From an uncultured Verrucomicrobiae bacterium (GTDB taxonomy: Bacteria; Chlamydiota; Chlamydiia; Chlamydiales; Rhabdochlamydiaceae): a DNA stretch of 64,000 bases. A program made the position numbers and the translations under genes. Location of the stretch: contig CAWEXY010000021.1 of assembly GCA_963813135.1 (NCBI GenBank), forward strand, positions 1 through 64,000. Direction: 5' to 3'. Below the pieces are notes generated by a model. It saw only the letters and a program-made list of their open reading frames with translations, searched no databases and was not told the origin of the DNA. Every line of letters begins with the position of its first letter. The stretch's first letter is position 1. Positions 20,846 to 31,715 of the stretch are shown in pieces.

Positions 20846-21458
20846 TCAACATTTCAAAGATTTAAGCCAGAGCACAGTTTGATGGACAAAGTATTCAAAT
20901 CCAGAGTCTAATTTTGAAACATTGTAAAGATTCATCATAGCCGCGATTTCTGACCCATATTCAATTCCGCCGGATAGAGGTGCAACGCTACTACCTTTGA
21001 ATGCGTCCTTGAGTCGGTTTTTGTATTCATTACTTCCCCCACATTTATAAGGTGGGACATGGGGCACGAGCTTTCTCCTACGGCCGTAGAAAGTGCAGCA
21101 GGATCAAGCAGGAACCATCGCTCAATATGCGGGTCTGGAATCACGGTAATTAGAGTTCAGAGCCGGAAACCCTTTGCCTCGGCCAACAACATTTCACGTT
21201 TTTTTACAAATCCCTTGCAGTTGGCATCACTTCCAATGACCACGCAGTCGGCTGGACTCATTCCACGCTTTTTAGCGTCTTGAAGATAAGATTTAAGCGC
21301 AGAGATTGATTTGCCACCACCGAGAATGCAGAACGGATAGGTTGAACCAATTTGTATCTAATCCATTTTCCGCAATTAGCCGATTGAACAATGGCGGAAT
21401 GATAGATTCTTGAGCATTGTACTTCCAAAAAGAAATTGACGGTATATTTAGCCGCCAT
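20846..21458 (-). pseudogene. TOPRIM-like (DUF4276/RloB-type) protein, frameshifted
   Basis: Rejoined frames give MAAKYTVNFFLED..AQESIIPPLF...DCVVIGSDANCKG...IPDPHIERWFLLD. The start overlaps the ATPase stop. Confidence 0.65.
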
Positions 21459-22734
21459 AATCCCCTCTCACAATTTGATCTTCCAGGTTGTTTTCAATTT
21501 CGCCCTTTTTATATAGGCTGCCAATACTGACAAATGGCGTGAAGCAAGTTAAGACTCCTTCTCTTTGACAGGTCATCAGATGCTCATTTTCAAAATAAGC
21601 AGCTAGCACTGCAGAGTGAGTGTTGACCAAAATCTGACGTTTTATTCACTAGCGGCGTTTCTTAACAAGTCGGCAATTTGTGAAATTCGCCGCGGATGAG
21701 GACGCCATTCTCCGGCACTCATAGCCGATAGTAGACGATCCGGCTGATGGAGAAAGCACCGCCAATAGTCCTAGCACCCGCAAAGTTCCTTCCGAAATCA
21801 ACCGATTGGAATAACTCGCTTCGCCTTCGTGAGTCTCTATAAATATTTCACCCGACTTACGTTTGTCCAGCGTTATATCCGTAAGGCGTGGTAGGATAGA
21901 TGCGGCATTGCGTTTCAGATTGATGAATTGCGGTTTATTCCGCTCCTGTAGAGTGTAATAAAATGCCGCCAAATCTTCACCTCGTCGTCCAGATCTGTGT
22001 GACATCAGCAATCGCATTCCCGGCACGCATCAGTTCCCGAGGCTCAAAATAATAAAAGTGGCAGCGTCGCATCTCTTCTTTAAACGCAGTGATATGGGGA
22101 TAGTGAGGCGCATAGAGTTCCGACGCAACGATTAGAGTTCGAGTCCTAACTCATAGTAAGTTGGGCGAGACTGGCCTTCCATGCGAAACTGAGCCTATCC
22201 TTGACACTGTCTATAAATGCACCGCGCGCCTTTTCTGAATTATTGTCCTGACGCAAAGCCACTAACCGCTCGTTTTTTATTCTGGCTTGCCCCGTCCGAC
22301 TGCTTACCTCAATTTCAATATCTCTAACGGAGAAGAGGATTGGTTATCCGTTTTTGGGCACATCGTCCTTTGCGCCAACTTTTGAAGTGTCGCCGATCCT
22401 TGCGGAGGTTATGTATCAAGCGCTCAGTTTCCTCAATTACCCGATTGGTAAGCTGGACATCAATCTCAAAGGCCATACCATGCCATTCTTTTTCATCGAG
22501 TGACGTGGAATTGCCTTTGTCATAGTGAACGCATTCTATGGGCAACCCTCGGTGGCCTGAAAATGCCTCCTTAAGATTTCGCGAGGTTACAATACGAGAC
22601 ACCAATTGAATTGCATCAAAAAGATTGCTTTTTCCAGCCGCATTGGGACCAAGAATTACAGTCAGTGGATTTGAAAAAACGACTTCAGTCTTTTTCAATG
22701 ATTTGTAATTTTGAATGTAAATTCTTCGGATCAT
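21448..22734 (-). pseudogene. ABC/AAA_21-type ATPase, frameshifted
   Basis: IQNYKSL, Walker A GPNAAGKSNLFD, signature ISEGTLRVL, Walker B region IGYE.PENG and H-loop VNTHS; AT-rich. Confidence 0.85.
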
Positions 22735-23197
22735 ATTATTTATTGCTCAACTGCATCTCGCATTCACACGATTCCACAAGCTAAAACCCTTGAAACTGGC
22801 GCTTATAGCGTAGTGCGACACGGCAGCTTCGTCAATTCACCCGCACTGCCATATTACTTTTATTTCGTCCCCGCCTTCGGCGCCTGCGTTGCGGCGACGA
22901 GCTGGCCGAGCAGTTCGGAGTTGCGCGGGATGAGCGTGATGTTGGCTTCGCCGGCAATGATGTTCTGTGTTTCCCGCACGTTGAACATCGCGTGCGCGAG
23001 GTCGCGCGTCCGGCGGAATCTTTTTCAGGCCCATAAAATGATTCAAGTTTCGCTGCTGATACTCCCGCCGGGAATAATTGACAAGCAAAAAAATTCACAC
23101 AGGCGTGACGCGGTTCAAAAAATATCATTCAAATCAAAGCCCAGCTAGGCGTTTATTTGCCGACGAAGCGCGGGCTTGGCCTTGCCCTTGATCAATT

Positions 23198-24682
23198 TCA
23201 GTGTGGCAGCGGTTCCGGGCTGGAACCATCGGTGACCATCGAGACGACGGTGTCGGCGGGGTGGGTTTCCCGGTCCAAGCCGGTGATGTGCACGGTGCCG
23301 TCCGCATTTTGCGTCCACGTGAGCGGCTTGCGGGTGAACAGGTCGAAACAGCCGGTGACTTTTTGCTGGACTGACGGCGTGGTGATTTCCGTGCCGGTGT
23401 AGCCGGGCAAGATGTGGATGAAATACTTCCCGGTCTTGAACGTGAAGCCGTATTGTCCGTCCACCGGGTTCCACGGACCGCCGCGCGTGCCGTAAATGCT
23501 GTCGCCCACCACCGCCAGCCACGCGCCGAAATGCCGCAGCAACGCCGCGTGCGTCTCCGGAATTTTTCCGTGCCGGTCCGGCCCGACATTCAGCAGGATG
23601 TTGCCGTTGCGCATGACCGCGTCCACGACATAGCGCGTCAGTTTTTCCTCGGTCATCAATCGCTGCTGCGTGTTGTAGCCCCAGGTGATTTGGTTGAGGT
23701 TCAGGCATTTTTCCCAATAGGTATTCCGCACCGGGCCTCGGATGGTCGCGTCGCCTTCCTCCGGCACCAAATCTCCAACCCAGCCGGCGCGGTTGTTGGC
23801 GATGACCGCCGGCGAATATTTCCGCACGATGCCCATCAGGCCGAGCGGGCGGCCGGATTCGTCGGTGTCGCTGTTTTCAGCGGCCACGGGCCAGGCGTTG
23901 GCGGGGTCGCGGTATTTGCCCGGCTCCCAGAAAAACGCCGCGTCCCGGTCCGAGCCTTGTTCCGCCAGCCAGCCGCCGTCCCAAAAAACATAGTCGAACG
24001 GCCCGTAGTTTTTGGACAGCGTGCGCACCTGCTCATAGACTTCATTCTTCATCATCGTCGCGTTGTCCTTGTGCCACACTGCGTTGGTGTAACCCCATTT
24101 GTTCTTCGCGCAATTCGTGCCCGTCACATCGAAATAACCGGGATAGCGCCAATTGATGGGCGAATAATACATTCCCACGCGCAACCCCGCCGCGCGACAG
24201 GCCCGGATGTATTCGCCGAAAAGGTCGCGGTGGAGCGTCTGCACGCTGGTGAAGGCGTTGGTGAACTGGCTGTCGAACAGAGCGAAACCGTCGTGATGCC
24301 GCGCCGTGAGACACATGTATTTCATGCCCGCATCTTTCGCGAGTTGCGCCCATGCGGCCGGGTCGTAATCCTTGGCGTCAAAAAAAACTCCGTCGCCCTG
24401 ATCAAAAGCATACTTGCGATAGGTCTCGGCCGGGATGCCGGCCTGATCCATATACCACTCGCCCTTGGCGGGCACGGCGTAAAGTCCCCAGTGAATGAAC
24501 ATCCCAAATTTAGCGTCAGAAAACCATTGCATCGCCGCGTCGTCCTGCTGGCGGACGCCCATGTCCGTTTGCGGCTCGCGCGCGATGACGATCAGCGTGG
24601 TGAAAGCAGTGAGAAGAAAAATGGCAAAGCGTTTCACGGAAAAAGATGATGATAAGGAGTGGATTTGGATTTCAAGAGACAA
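23198..24682 (-). CDS. alpha-L-fucosidase, glycoside hydrolase family 29
   Basis: WFSDAKFGMFIHWG, AKDAGMKY..LTARHHDGFALFDS, VFWDGG and GNILLNVGP; signal-like N-terminus. Confidence 0.93.
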   Translation of the reverse strand: MSLEIQIHSLSSSFSVKRFAIFLLTAFTTLIVIAREPQTDMGVRQQDDAAMQWFSDAKFGMFIHWGLYAVPAKGEWYMDQAGIPAETYRKYAFDQGDGVFFDAKDYDPAAWAQLAKDAGMKYMCLTARHHDGFALFDSQFTNAFTSVQTLHRDLFGEYIRACRAAGLRVGMYYSPINWRYPGYFDVTGTNCAKNKWGYTNAVWHKDNATMMKNEVYEQVRTLSKNYGPFDYVFWDGGWLAEQGSDRDAAFFWEPGKYRDPANAWPVAAENSDTDESGRPLGLMGIVRKYSPAVIANNRAGWVGDLVPEEGDATIRGPVRNTYWEKCLNLNQITWGYNTQQRLMTEEKLTRYVVDAVMRNGNILLNVGPDRHGKIPETHAALLRHFGAWLAVVGDSIYGTRGGPWNPVDGQYGFTFKTGKYFIHILPGYTGTEITTPSVQQKVTGCFDLFTRKPLTWTQNADGTVHITGLDRETHPADTVVSMVTDGSSPEPLPH

Positions 24683-24829
24683 AATTTATAGAAATGAGGC
24701 GCGCTTCGTCAAGCAACATTGGGGGTGGCCTTCAATTCCGCGCTCCGCACTCCGCCTTCCGAAATCAGCGTCTGACTGGCACGTGCAAGGAGTTGGGGAA
24801 TGGCGGGGCAACGAAGCCCGGCACCACCC

Positions 24830-24908
24830 ATAGGAGACGACGTGAGGAGTTTCTGACCGAACACCGGCAAACCGATTTTGAAATAAGACCCGTCACCTCG
24901 ACGCCTGT
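24830..24908. repeat. GTAG-type REP hairpin (copy 2, degenerate)
   Basis: TAGGAGACGACGTGAGGAGTTTCTGACCGAACACCGGCAAACCG...CGTCACCTCGACGCCTGT matches 20339-20417. Confidence 0.8.
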
Positions 24909-24954
24909 AACCTCGACGATGACTTGACCTCGCATCTATGGGCCGGCCAAATCC

Positions 24955-27900
24955 TTATGGACTTGCTTTCAAACGATAAAATCGGCTGGGTCCGGTGGCG
25001 TTGGTATCGGTCAGATAAAAGACATTTGCGGGCGCGTTGGTAATGAAGAGGTTCACCCAGTTGGACAGATCCAGTGTGGATTGCAATATGTAGTCCTGCC
25101 CGGAAACTCCGGTAACCCGGAAGGTGAACTGGTTCGCGCCTGACATCGCCGGGAGATCCAGAACCGGCCCGGAGGTGGCACCCATGGTTAAATTGGTGGT
25201 GGCACTGTCGCCGATGGCGTCGTAAACCACGCAGGTGAACATGCTGGGACTCCCGCTGGTTGGCGTCCCGGTGATGGAACCATCGGAACCAAGCGCCAGT
25301 CCATCGGGCAGAGCGGTGTCATTATACCAATAGTAAGGTGGCACACCGCCCGCAGCCTGAAGTTGTGCGCTATAAGGCACATTCGGCGATGCCACGGTCA
25401 ATGCGGTGGTGGTGATTTGCAGCGCGGGATAATTCGTGATGGCGGTGGGAGTGTCAACGGTCGCGCAGCCATCGGTGACACGCAGGGTGAAAATGTTGGT
25501 TGCGGGCATGGTCGGCGTGCCGGTGATATACCCGGTGGCCGGATCCAGCATCAAGCCGGGCGGCAGGGAACCGGAGATCACCGACCAGGTCTGCGGCTGC
25601 GCTCCGCCCGTGGCATACAAGCCGCCAATATAATTCACTCCCACTGACCCGGCAGACAATGGAGATGAATCAACTTGCAGCGCGGTGTTGACCTGGATTT
25701 GCACTGTGCCGTTCGTCGTTCCGCCATCGGCTCCGATAACCTGAACCTGGATCGTGTAATAGCCGTCATTGGCCGGTGTGCCGGAAATGATGCCGTTGGT
25801 CGCGAGCTGCAAACCCGGCGGCAGGGGATCCGAGCCGTCGGCCAGCGCCCACGAGTAAGGTGGCACGCCATTCGTCGCCTGAAACTGGTTTGCATAGGAG
25901 CAGCCAATGGCCAGGTCCGAGAGATAGGTGGTCAGGATTTGCGTCGCGGAATAATTCGTGATGGAGGTGGGAGTGTCAATGGTCGCACAGCCATCGGTGA
26001 CACGCAGGGTAAAACTGTTGGTTGCGGGCATGGTCGGCGTGCCGGTGATATATCCGGTGGCCGGGTCCAGCAGCAAGCCCGGCGGCAGGGAACCGGAGAT
26101 CACCGACCACGTCTGCGGCTGCGCCCCGCCGGAGACATACAAGTAATCAAAATAAACCGCTCCCAACGCCCCGGCGGACAAGTCATGCGGATAAATTTGC
26201 AGCGCGGAATTGACAAGAATTGGCAGCGTGCCGTTCGTGGTCCCGCTGTCGGCCCCGGTAACCTGAACCATGACCGAGAAATAGCCGCCGCTGGTCGGCG
26301 TGCCGGAAAGGATGCCGTTGGTCGCGAGCTGCAAACCGGGCGGCAGGGATCCAGCCGGCGGCCAGCGCCCAAGAGTAAGGCGGTGTGCCATTCGTCGCCT
26401 GAAGCTGGTTCGCATAGGAACAACCCGCGACCAGGCCCGAAAAATAGGAGGTGATGATTTGCACCGGAATAATCGGCGCCGGATTAACCCGGATGGACAA
26501 GGCTTTGACATCATTGCTGCCGTGGGAATCCTGAACATTCACCGTGAAACTAAAGAGTCCAAGATTGGTGGGAGTGCCGAAAATGATGCCCGTTGAAAAC
26601 AACGCCAGCCCGCCCGGCAGCGCGCCGGAAGCGAGCGACCACGAATCCAAGTTAAAGCCGTTGGTCACCACCAGGTCCGCACTATAAAAGTTGCTGACCG
26701 TCGCGTCGGACAAGTTGGTCGTGAGTATCTGCGGCGGCGGAACCAGGGGAGCGGTGGCGACCACAAAGTTGGCCACCCCGTTGGTTGGAGGCAGGCTGAG
26801 ATTGGTCGGGGCCGCCGAAAGGTAACCTTGGAAGTATAGTGCGTTGTTATCCAGGCTGACGTTCCAGGTGCCATTAAAGACGGGGACGGAATAATTGCCA
26901 TCGGTATCGGTGATGGCGCGGAGGGTGAAGTTGGTGATGCCAACGTGGTTGGTGATGGTAACGGCGAGATTGGTGATGCCCAGACCATTGCCATCGTGGA
27001 CATAACCGGCAACCGTGCCGGTGACGGTTCGCGCCACGATGTCATTGGTCAGATTGACGCCATCGGTGATGGTGAACGTGGGAAAGTCCGGGAAAACCAG
27101 GTTCGTTGGCAGGACATCAAGCCAGCCGAAATTCCACTCGCCGCCAAAAACCGGCATGTCCAAAAAGCCGTTGCCATCCGTTGTGGCAAACGTGGTCGCA
27201 CCAAAGTATGAATAGGAACCGGCCACGGCGTTTAGACCGGACAACGGCACGCCGGTGTCAATCGTCACATGCGAGCGAAAGCGTGCGGTGATAATCAGGC
27301 CGGTGACATTAAGGCTGATGGCCTGCCCGTCATTGATGGCGAATTGCGGCGTCGCCCAGATATAGCTGCTGGCCGGCGGTTCATTCGCGCTACGGACGAT
27401 CACGGTTCCCGCCCCGCCGTCTATCGCGAGCGAATATACTCCGTTGCTGACGCTGGTGGTAAAGGAATTGAAAATGCCAAGGTCCGCGTTGGCGAAAAGA
27501 TTGATGCCCGCGACCGGGTTGCCGGAGGAGTCCACCACCCGGCCATTGATGAGCGCGGTCGCGTGCTTGAGTTCGACCACGGCGTTGTTGACCGGACCGG
27601 CGGTCGTGTCAAAAAGCGTGCTGGAGGCGACATCGTGGAGCAGATACGCCGCGGCATTGGCGCTTTGCTGAAGCGCCCCAATTGTCCAGACGCCGGCCAC
27701 GACGGGAATGTTGAAGGTTGCATTGCTGTCACTAAACGCCAGGGCGACCAGTCCATTGGTGGTGACCGCCTCCACTTCCGAGTAAGGCACGGCCGGCAAC
27801 GCGGCGTTGGTGCTGTCCACCAACGAGCCGGAGATGGTCGTGGTTGCCGCCGTCAGCGGTATATCCTCTGTAAGCGAGACATTTGTGTTCAGGACGACCG

Positions 27901-28568
27901 GAGCGAGCGTCAATAAGTTGGCCACATAGCCGGGTTTGATCCCAATCGTCATGTAGGTGCCAGGCGGTGCTTTGAGTGTGTAGTTGCCGGAGGCGTCCGC
28001 CGCCGCGCTCACGATGACCGTGGGAATCAAACCCAGTGCGGCGGCGGGATGAATCAGTGCCACCAAGGCATGAGGGACGTTCGTCGAATTGTTCACCACA
28101 TGACCGTGAATATCCTGGGCATAGGGCTGGCTGGCCACGGTAAATTGGACATCCGCCGAAGCGAAATGGTTTGACGGGCTGCTGAAGCGGAAAATGTAGC
28201 TGCCGACGGATCTGGCGGCGGAAGGCGCATTGGGAAACCAGAAAGACGCGCTGATCGCGCCATTGGTGGCACCGTCCTCGTCACGGAAGGCATTGATATT
28301 CGTGGCCCCGGCAATCAGTTTCGCCTGGCCGTCGCTCACCCTTTCGCCACGGACTGCCAGGTCGTCCGCATCCACAATGCCATTGGTGTTGAAGTCGAAA
28401 TACTGCACCATCTGGACGGTCTCGCCGACCGGCAATCCGCTCATCTGGAATGTAATCAGCCCGGTGTAATCGTTGCTCACCACGCTGGGAGTCACGCTGA
28501 ACGTCGCGGCCCGCACGTTCATAACAAGGAACAGCACGAAGGGATATGCACAATGCTTTCGTCTTCAT
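24955..28568 (-). CDS. large secreted protein with carboxypeptidase-regulatory-like and putative Ig (He_PIG) domains (frameshifts near 28,540 and 26,360)
   Basis: MKTKALC.. signal peptide; D..GNY beta-sandwich repeats; repeated W....G.LPPGL.L...G.I.GTPT units; ends SRFYRLKASP. Confidence 0.8.
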
Positions 28569-28754
28569 AGAGTTTATCTGATTATTATTTGGCGGCTTCC
28601 GATCTCCGTCCCAGGACATTGAGTGCTGACGGCATGGATAGCAAGCCTTATTGAGAACATTCGCCAAGCCCGTGTTTTGTCGGCCAGTTTGTAAACGGTT
28701 TGTGCGCGCCGGAACGTCAACGCCGGGCAAAATGATTGCCATCATTCAGGATGG

Positions 28755-29832
28755 TCGGAAAAAAACGCCGGCCCCTGCCCCTGTATTCGCTGAGGCCCCT
28801 TCCGAACAAACCACCCTCAAGCTCAATGCCCACTATACTTTTGACCATTTTATTGAAGGGCCCTCCAATCAGTTTGTTAAATCAGCCGCCATCGGCGTTG
28901 CGACGCATCCCGGCCGTTCCTACAATCCCCTGTTCATCCACGGCGGCGTAGGCCTGGGCAAGACGCATCTTCTCCATGCGATCGGCCACTATATCCACGC
29001 GCATAACAAAAAGCTCAAGATCCAGTGCATCACTACCGAGGAGTTCATCAACGACATCGTCGACCATCTCAAATCGAAGTCCGTCGACCGCCTCAAAAGA
29101 TATTACCGCTCCTTGGATGTGCTCCTCGTCGACGACATCCAGTTTTTGCAAAACCGCCTCAACTTCGAAGAAGAGTTTTGCAGCACATTCGAAGCCCTCA
29201 TCCATCAAAACAAACAAATCGTGATCACGAGCGACAAACCTCCCTCGCAGCTCAAACTCTCCGAGCGCCTCATCGCCCGCATGGAATGGGGTCTCGTCGC
29301 CCACATTGGCCCCCCCGATCTAGAAACCCGCGTGGCCATCCTCCAACATAAAGCCGAGATGAAGGGCCTCCGCGTTCCCAGCAAGGTCGCCTTTTTCATC
29401 GCCGAACATATCTTCAATAACGTGCGCCAGCTCGAAGGGGCCATCAACCGCCTCAGCGCCTTTGCCCGCCACTTAAATCAAGACGTCTCCGAAGAAATCG
29501 TGGAAAACACCCTCGGCGAACTCTTTCAGCATGCTCCCGACAAAAAAGTCTCCGTCGAAAACATCCTCAAATGCGTCGCCACCCTCTTCGAAGTCCGCGA
29601 GAGCGATATCACCGGAACTTCCCGCGCCAAACAAGTGGCATTGCCCCGGCAAGTCGCCATGTACCTCGCCAAAGAACTCGTCAGCGATTCTCTCATGCGC
29701 CTCGCCTCTTCTTTTGGCGGCAAAACCCACTCGACGCTTCTCCATGCTTGGAAAAAGATACGCAATCAGTTAGAAAGAGATGAGAAGCTCAAAAAACAAG
29801 TGCAGATGGCACGGCGCAATTTGGAGTCTTAA
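28755..29832 (+). CDS. dnaA: chromosomal replication initiator DnaA (chlamydial type), 5'-truncated
   Basis: [52 protein letters not shown] and FGGKTHST. Domain I is missing. Confidence 0.93.
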
Positions 29833-29837
29833 AAGCT

Positions 29838-30281
29838 ATGTTTAAATTTGCTAAGGGTTTTCTCGAAAAAGGCATCACCGACGAACCTCCCGTCGCTCTG
29901 GAAGAATCGTACGAAGCGCCTCCTCCACCCCTCGAAATCGAAGAGCCCGAGACTATCATCGGCGAAAATGTCTCTCTCAAGGGAACGCTCTCTTTCCAAA
30001 AAATGATCCAGATCGACGGAACCTTTGAGGGCGAGATCGAATCGAAGGGAAAAATCATCATCGGCCCTCGCGGCGTTGTCAAAGCCCATCTCAATCTCGA
30101 AGAGGCGTTCATCGCAGGAAAAGTAGAAGGCGACATTACCGTCAAAGAACGTTTAGTCCTCCGAGGACGCGCCGAAGTGCGCGGCAATATCACGGCGCCC
30201 TTGCTTTCCGTGGACGAAGGCGTCTCCATCATAGGCCAAGTCTACGTGACTGCACCCGAGAATCTCGCCGAAGAAGTATAG
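29838..30281 (+). CDS. bactofilin (polymer-forming cytoskeletal protein)
   Basis: TIIGENVSLKGTL...IDGTFEGEI...G.V.G.I...VRGNITAP.LSVDEG. Confidence 0.9.
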   Translation: MFKFAKGFLEKGITDEPPVALEESYEAPPPPLEIEEPETIIGENVSLKGTLSFQKMIQIDGTFEGEIESKGKIIIGPRGVVKAHLNLEEAFIAGKVEGDITVKERLVLRGRAEVRGNITAPLLSVDEGVSIIGQVYVTAPENLAEEV

Positions 30282-30865
30282 ACCGCCAGCCCCCACACCT
30301 CTGCTGGCATGTCCATCTGCAGCTCCGCGGCAAACTTCGCCAATTCTTCGGAAGTCAGCACCGCATCGACCACCACCACACGTTTACCCGCTATGCTTCC
30401 TTTTCCCACCCCCAACTGCTGGCGCAATTCTCCGGCCAAAAGTTCCGCAGGAGAATATCCCCGCCGCATTTTCTCCCACCGCGATCGCCGAAAAGGAACA
30501 ATGACATCCGGCAACGTTAAGTTGTTTTTCAGCCACTGGACGACAAGATAGCTCGCGAGGGATTTTGCCAGCCCGGGAAGCTTGCCATTTTCGAGCTGGC
30601 GCACGAGCGACCGTATCGGCCCCTCGTTCTCCATCGCTACGACCAATTCTTTGTAGGGAAGACAGAGCTTTAGGCATTTACCCTTGCAATAGTCGGCACA
30701 CTTAGGACATCGGCCAGTCCTATCGAGAAGCTGGAGAAGTTCGGTGCAGGAAGAACATAAGAGAGCCCCATCCGTCTTTTCTTCGCAATGAAGGCACAGC
30801 GGCGGAAAAAACAGTCCAAAAATAGACCTCCATAAATTTTTTATGACAAATGGCATGGTTTGCAT
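30242..30865 (-). CDS. comF: ComF family protein (double zinc ribbon + degenerate PRTase)
   Basis: FFPPLCLHC...LCSSC...CPKC...C; IVP, RGYSPAELLA, VVVVDAVLT. Confidence 0.75.
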   Translation of the reverse strand: MQTMPFVIKNLWRSIFGLFFPPLCLHCEEKTDGALLCSSCTELLQLLDRTGRCPKCADYCKGKCLKLCLPYKELVVAMENEGPIRSLVRQLENGKLPGLAKSLASYLVVQWLKNNLTLPDVIVPFRRSRWEKMRRGYSPAELLAGELRQQLGVGKGSIAGKRVVVVDAVLTSEELAKFAAELQMDMPAEVWGLAVYTSSARFSGAVT

Positions 30866-30912
30866 TAAATGATCTCATATGTAAAATTTAAAATAAACCT
30901 TAAGGAGGTTCG

Positions 30913-31314
30913 ATGAATACCAAACGATATATCGGTGCAACAGTAGCCTTGTTTATCTTTCTCTTTTTCTACGAATGGTTAGTGCATGGCATGATTCTTA
31001 CAAATATGTACCATCACACGCCGCATGTATGGCGCAACATGAAAGAAATGAGCTCCATGTTCCCTCTTTATCTCTTAATTAATTTAGCTATTTCTGCCTG
31101 GCTGGCCTTTGTCTTCACACGCTTTTTTAAAGATGGCGGTGTGGAAAATGGTGTGCGTTTCGGCCTTTATTTTGGCGTATTCTCTGGGTTGATCACAGCG
31201 ATGTGGTATACTTGGCTGCCTATCGGGGGAATGCTAGGATTTAGCTGGCTCATCAATGGCATCGTCGAAGGCATCGGCGGAGGTTTTGTCCTAGGACTGG
31301 TTTACCGTAAGTAA
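30913..31314 (+). CDS. hypothetical four-TM membrane protein
   Basis: Strong RBS AGGAGG at ~30903; four hydrophobic segments. Confidence 0.8.
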   Translation: MNTKRYIGATVALFIFLFFYEWLVHGMILTNMYHHTPHVWRNMKEMSSMFPLYLLINLAISAWLAFVFTRFFKDGGVENGVRFGLYFGVFSGLITAMWYTWLPIGGMLGFSWLINGIVEGIGGGFVLGLVYRK

Positions 31315-31358
31315 TTCCAAGGCCTCAGGAAAAAGAAAGCTTAACGACCAAGGGCATT

Positions 31359-31715
31359 TTGAAAAAAGAAATCATTCTCAAGCTATCTAAGAGTTTTGAA
31401 GAAGCTGTCCATATTGTTCAGGAAGTCGAATACTGGATGGCCAGAGATCTTCAAGAGCGCTTTGAATATAGTAGCTGGGAAAATTTTCTAAATGTAATTG
31501 AGAGGGCGAAAACCGCATGCTCTAACTCTAAGTTGCTTATACACAGCCATTTTCGTGATGTCATGAAAATGGTCAGCTTGGGTTCCGGTACACAGAGAGA
31601 AATACCAGACATCATGCTATCCCGTTATGCGTGTTATCTGATTGCTCAAAATGGAGATTCAGGGAAACAGAAAAATGGGATTAATCTATCTAGCCAGTCC
31701 CTTTCGACATCCTGA
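31359..31715 (+). pseudogene. dinD: DNA-damage-inducible protein D (Bro-N domain), C-terminally truncated
   Basis: EYWMARDLQ..EY..WENF..VIERAK.AC..HF...KMV.LGSG..REI.DIMLSRYACYLIAQNGD. Homology ends at NGDS.K. Confidence 0.8.

Noticed and set aside
18996..20911. Numerous 60-170-aa ORFs over the repeat region
   Set aside because: They are translations of GC-rich repeats on both strands with no recognisable domains.
28651..28754. Novel N-terminus of DnaA ([11 protein letters not shown]...)
   Set aside because: Not DnaA domain I; it is read-through from foreign upstream DNA across the junction.
28570..29900. Replication origin next to dnaA
   Set aside because: No cluster of TTATCCACA-like boxes or AT-rich unwinding element was seen, and the native upstream region is missing.
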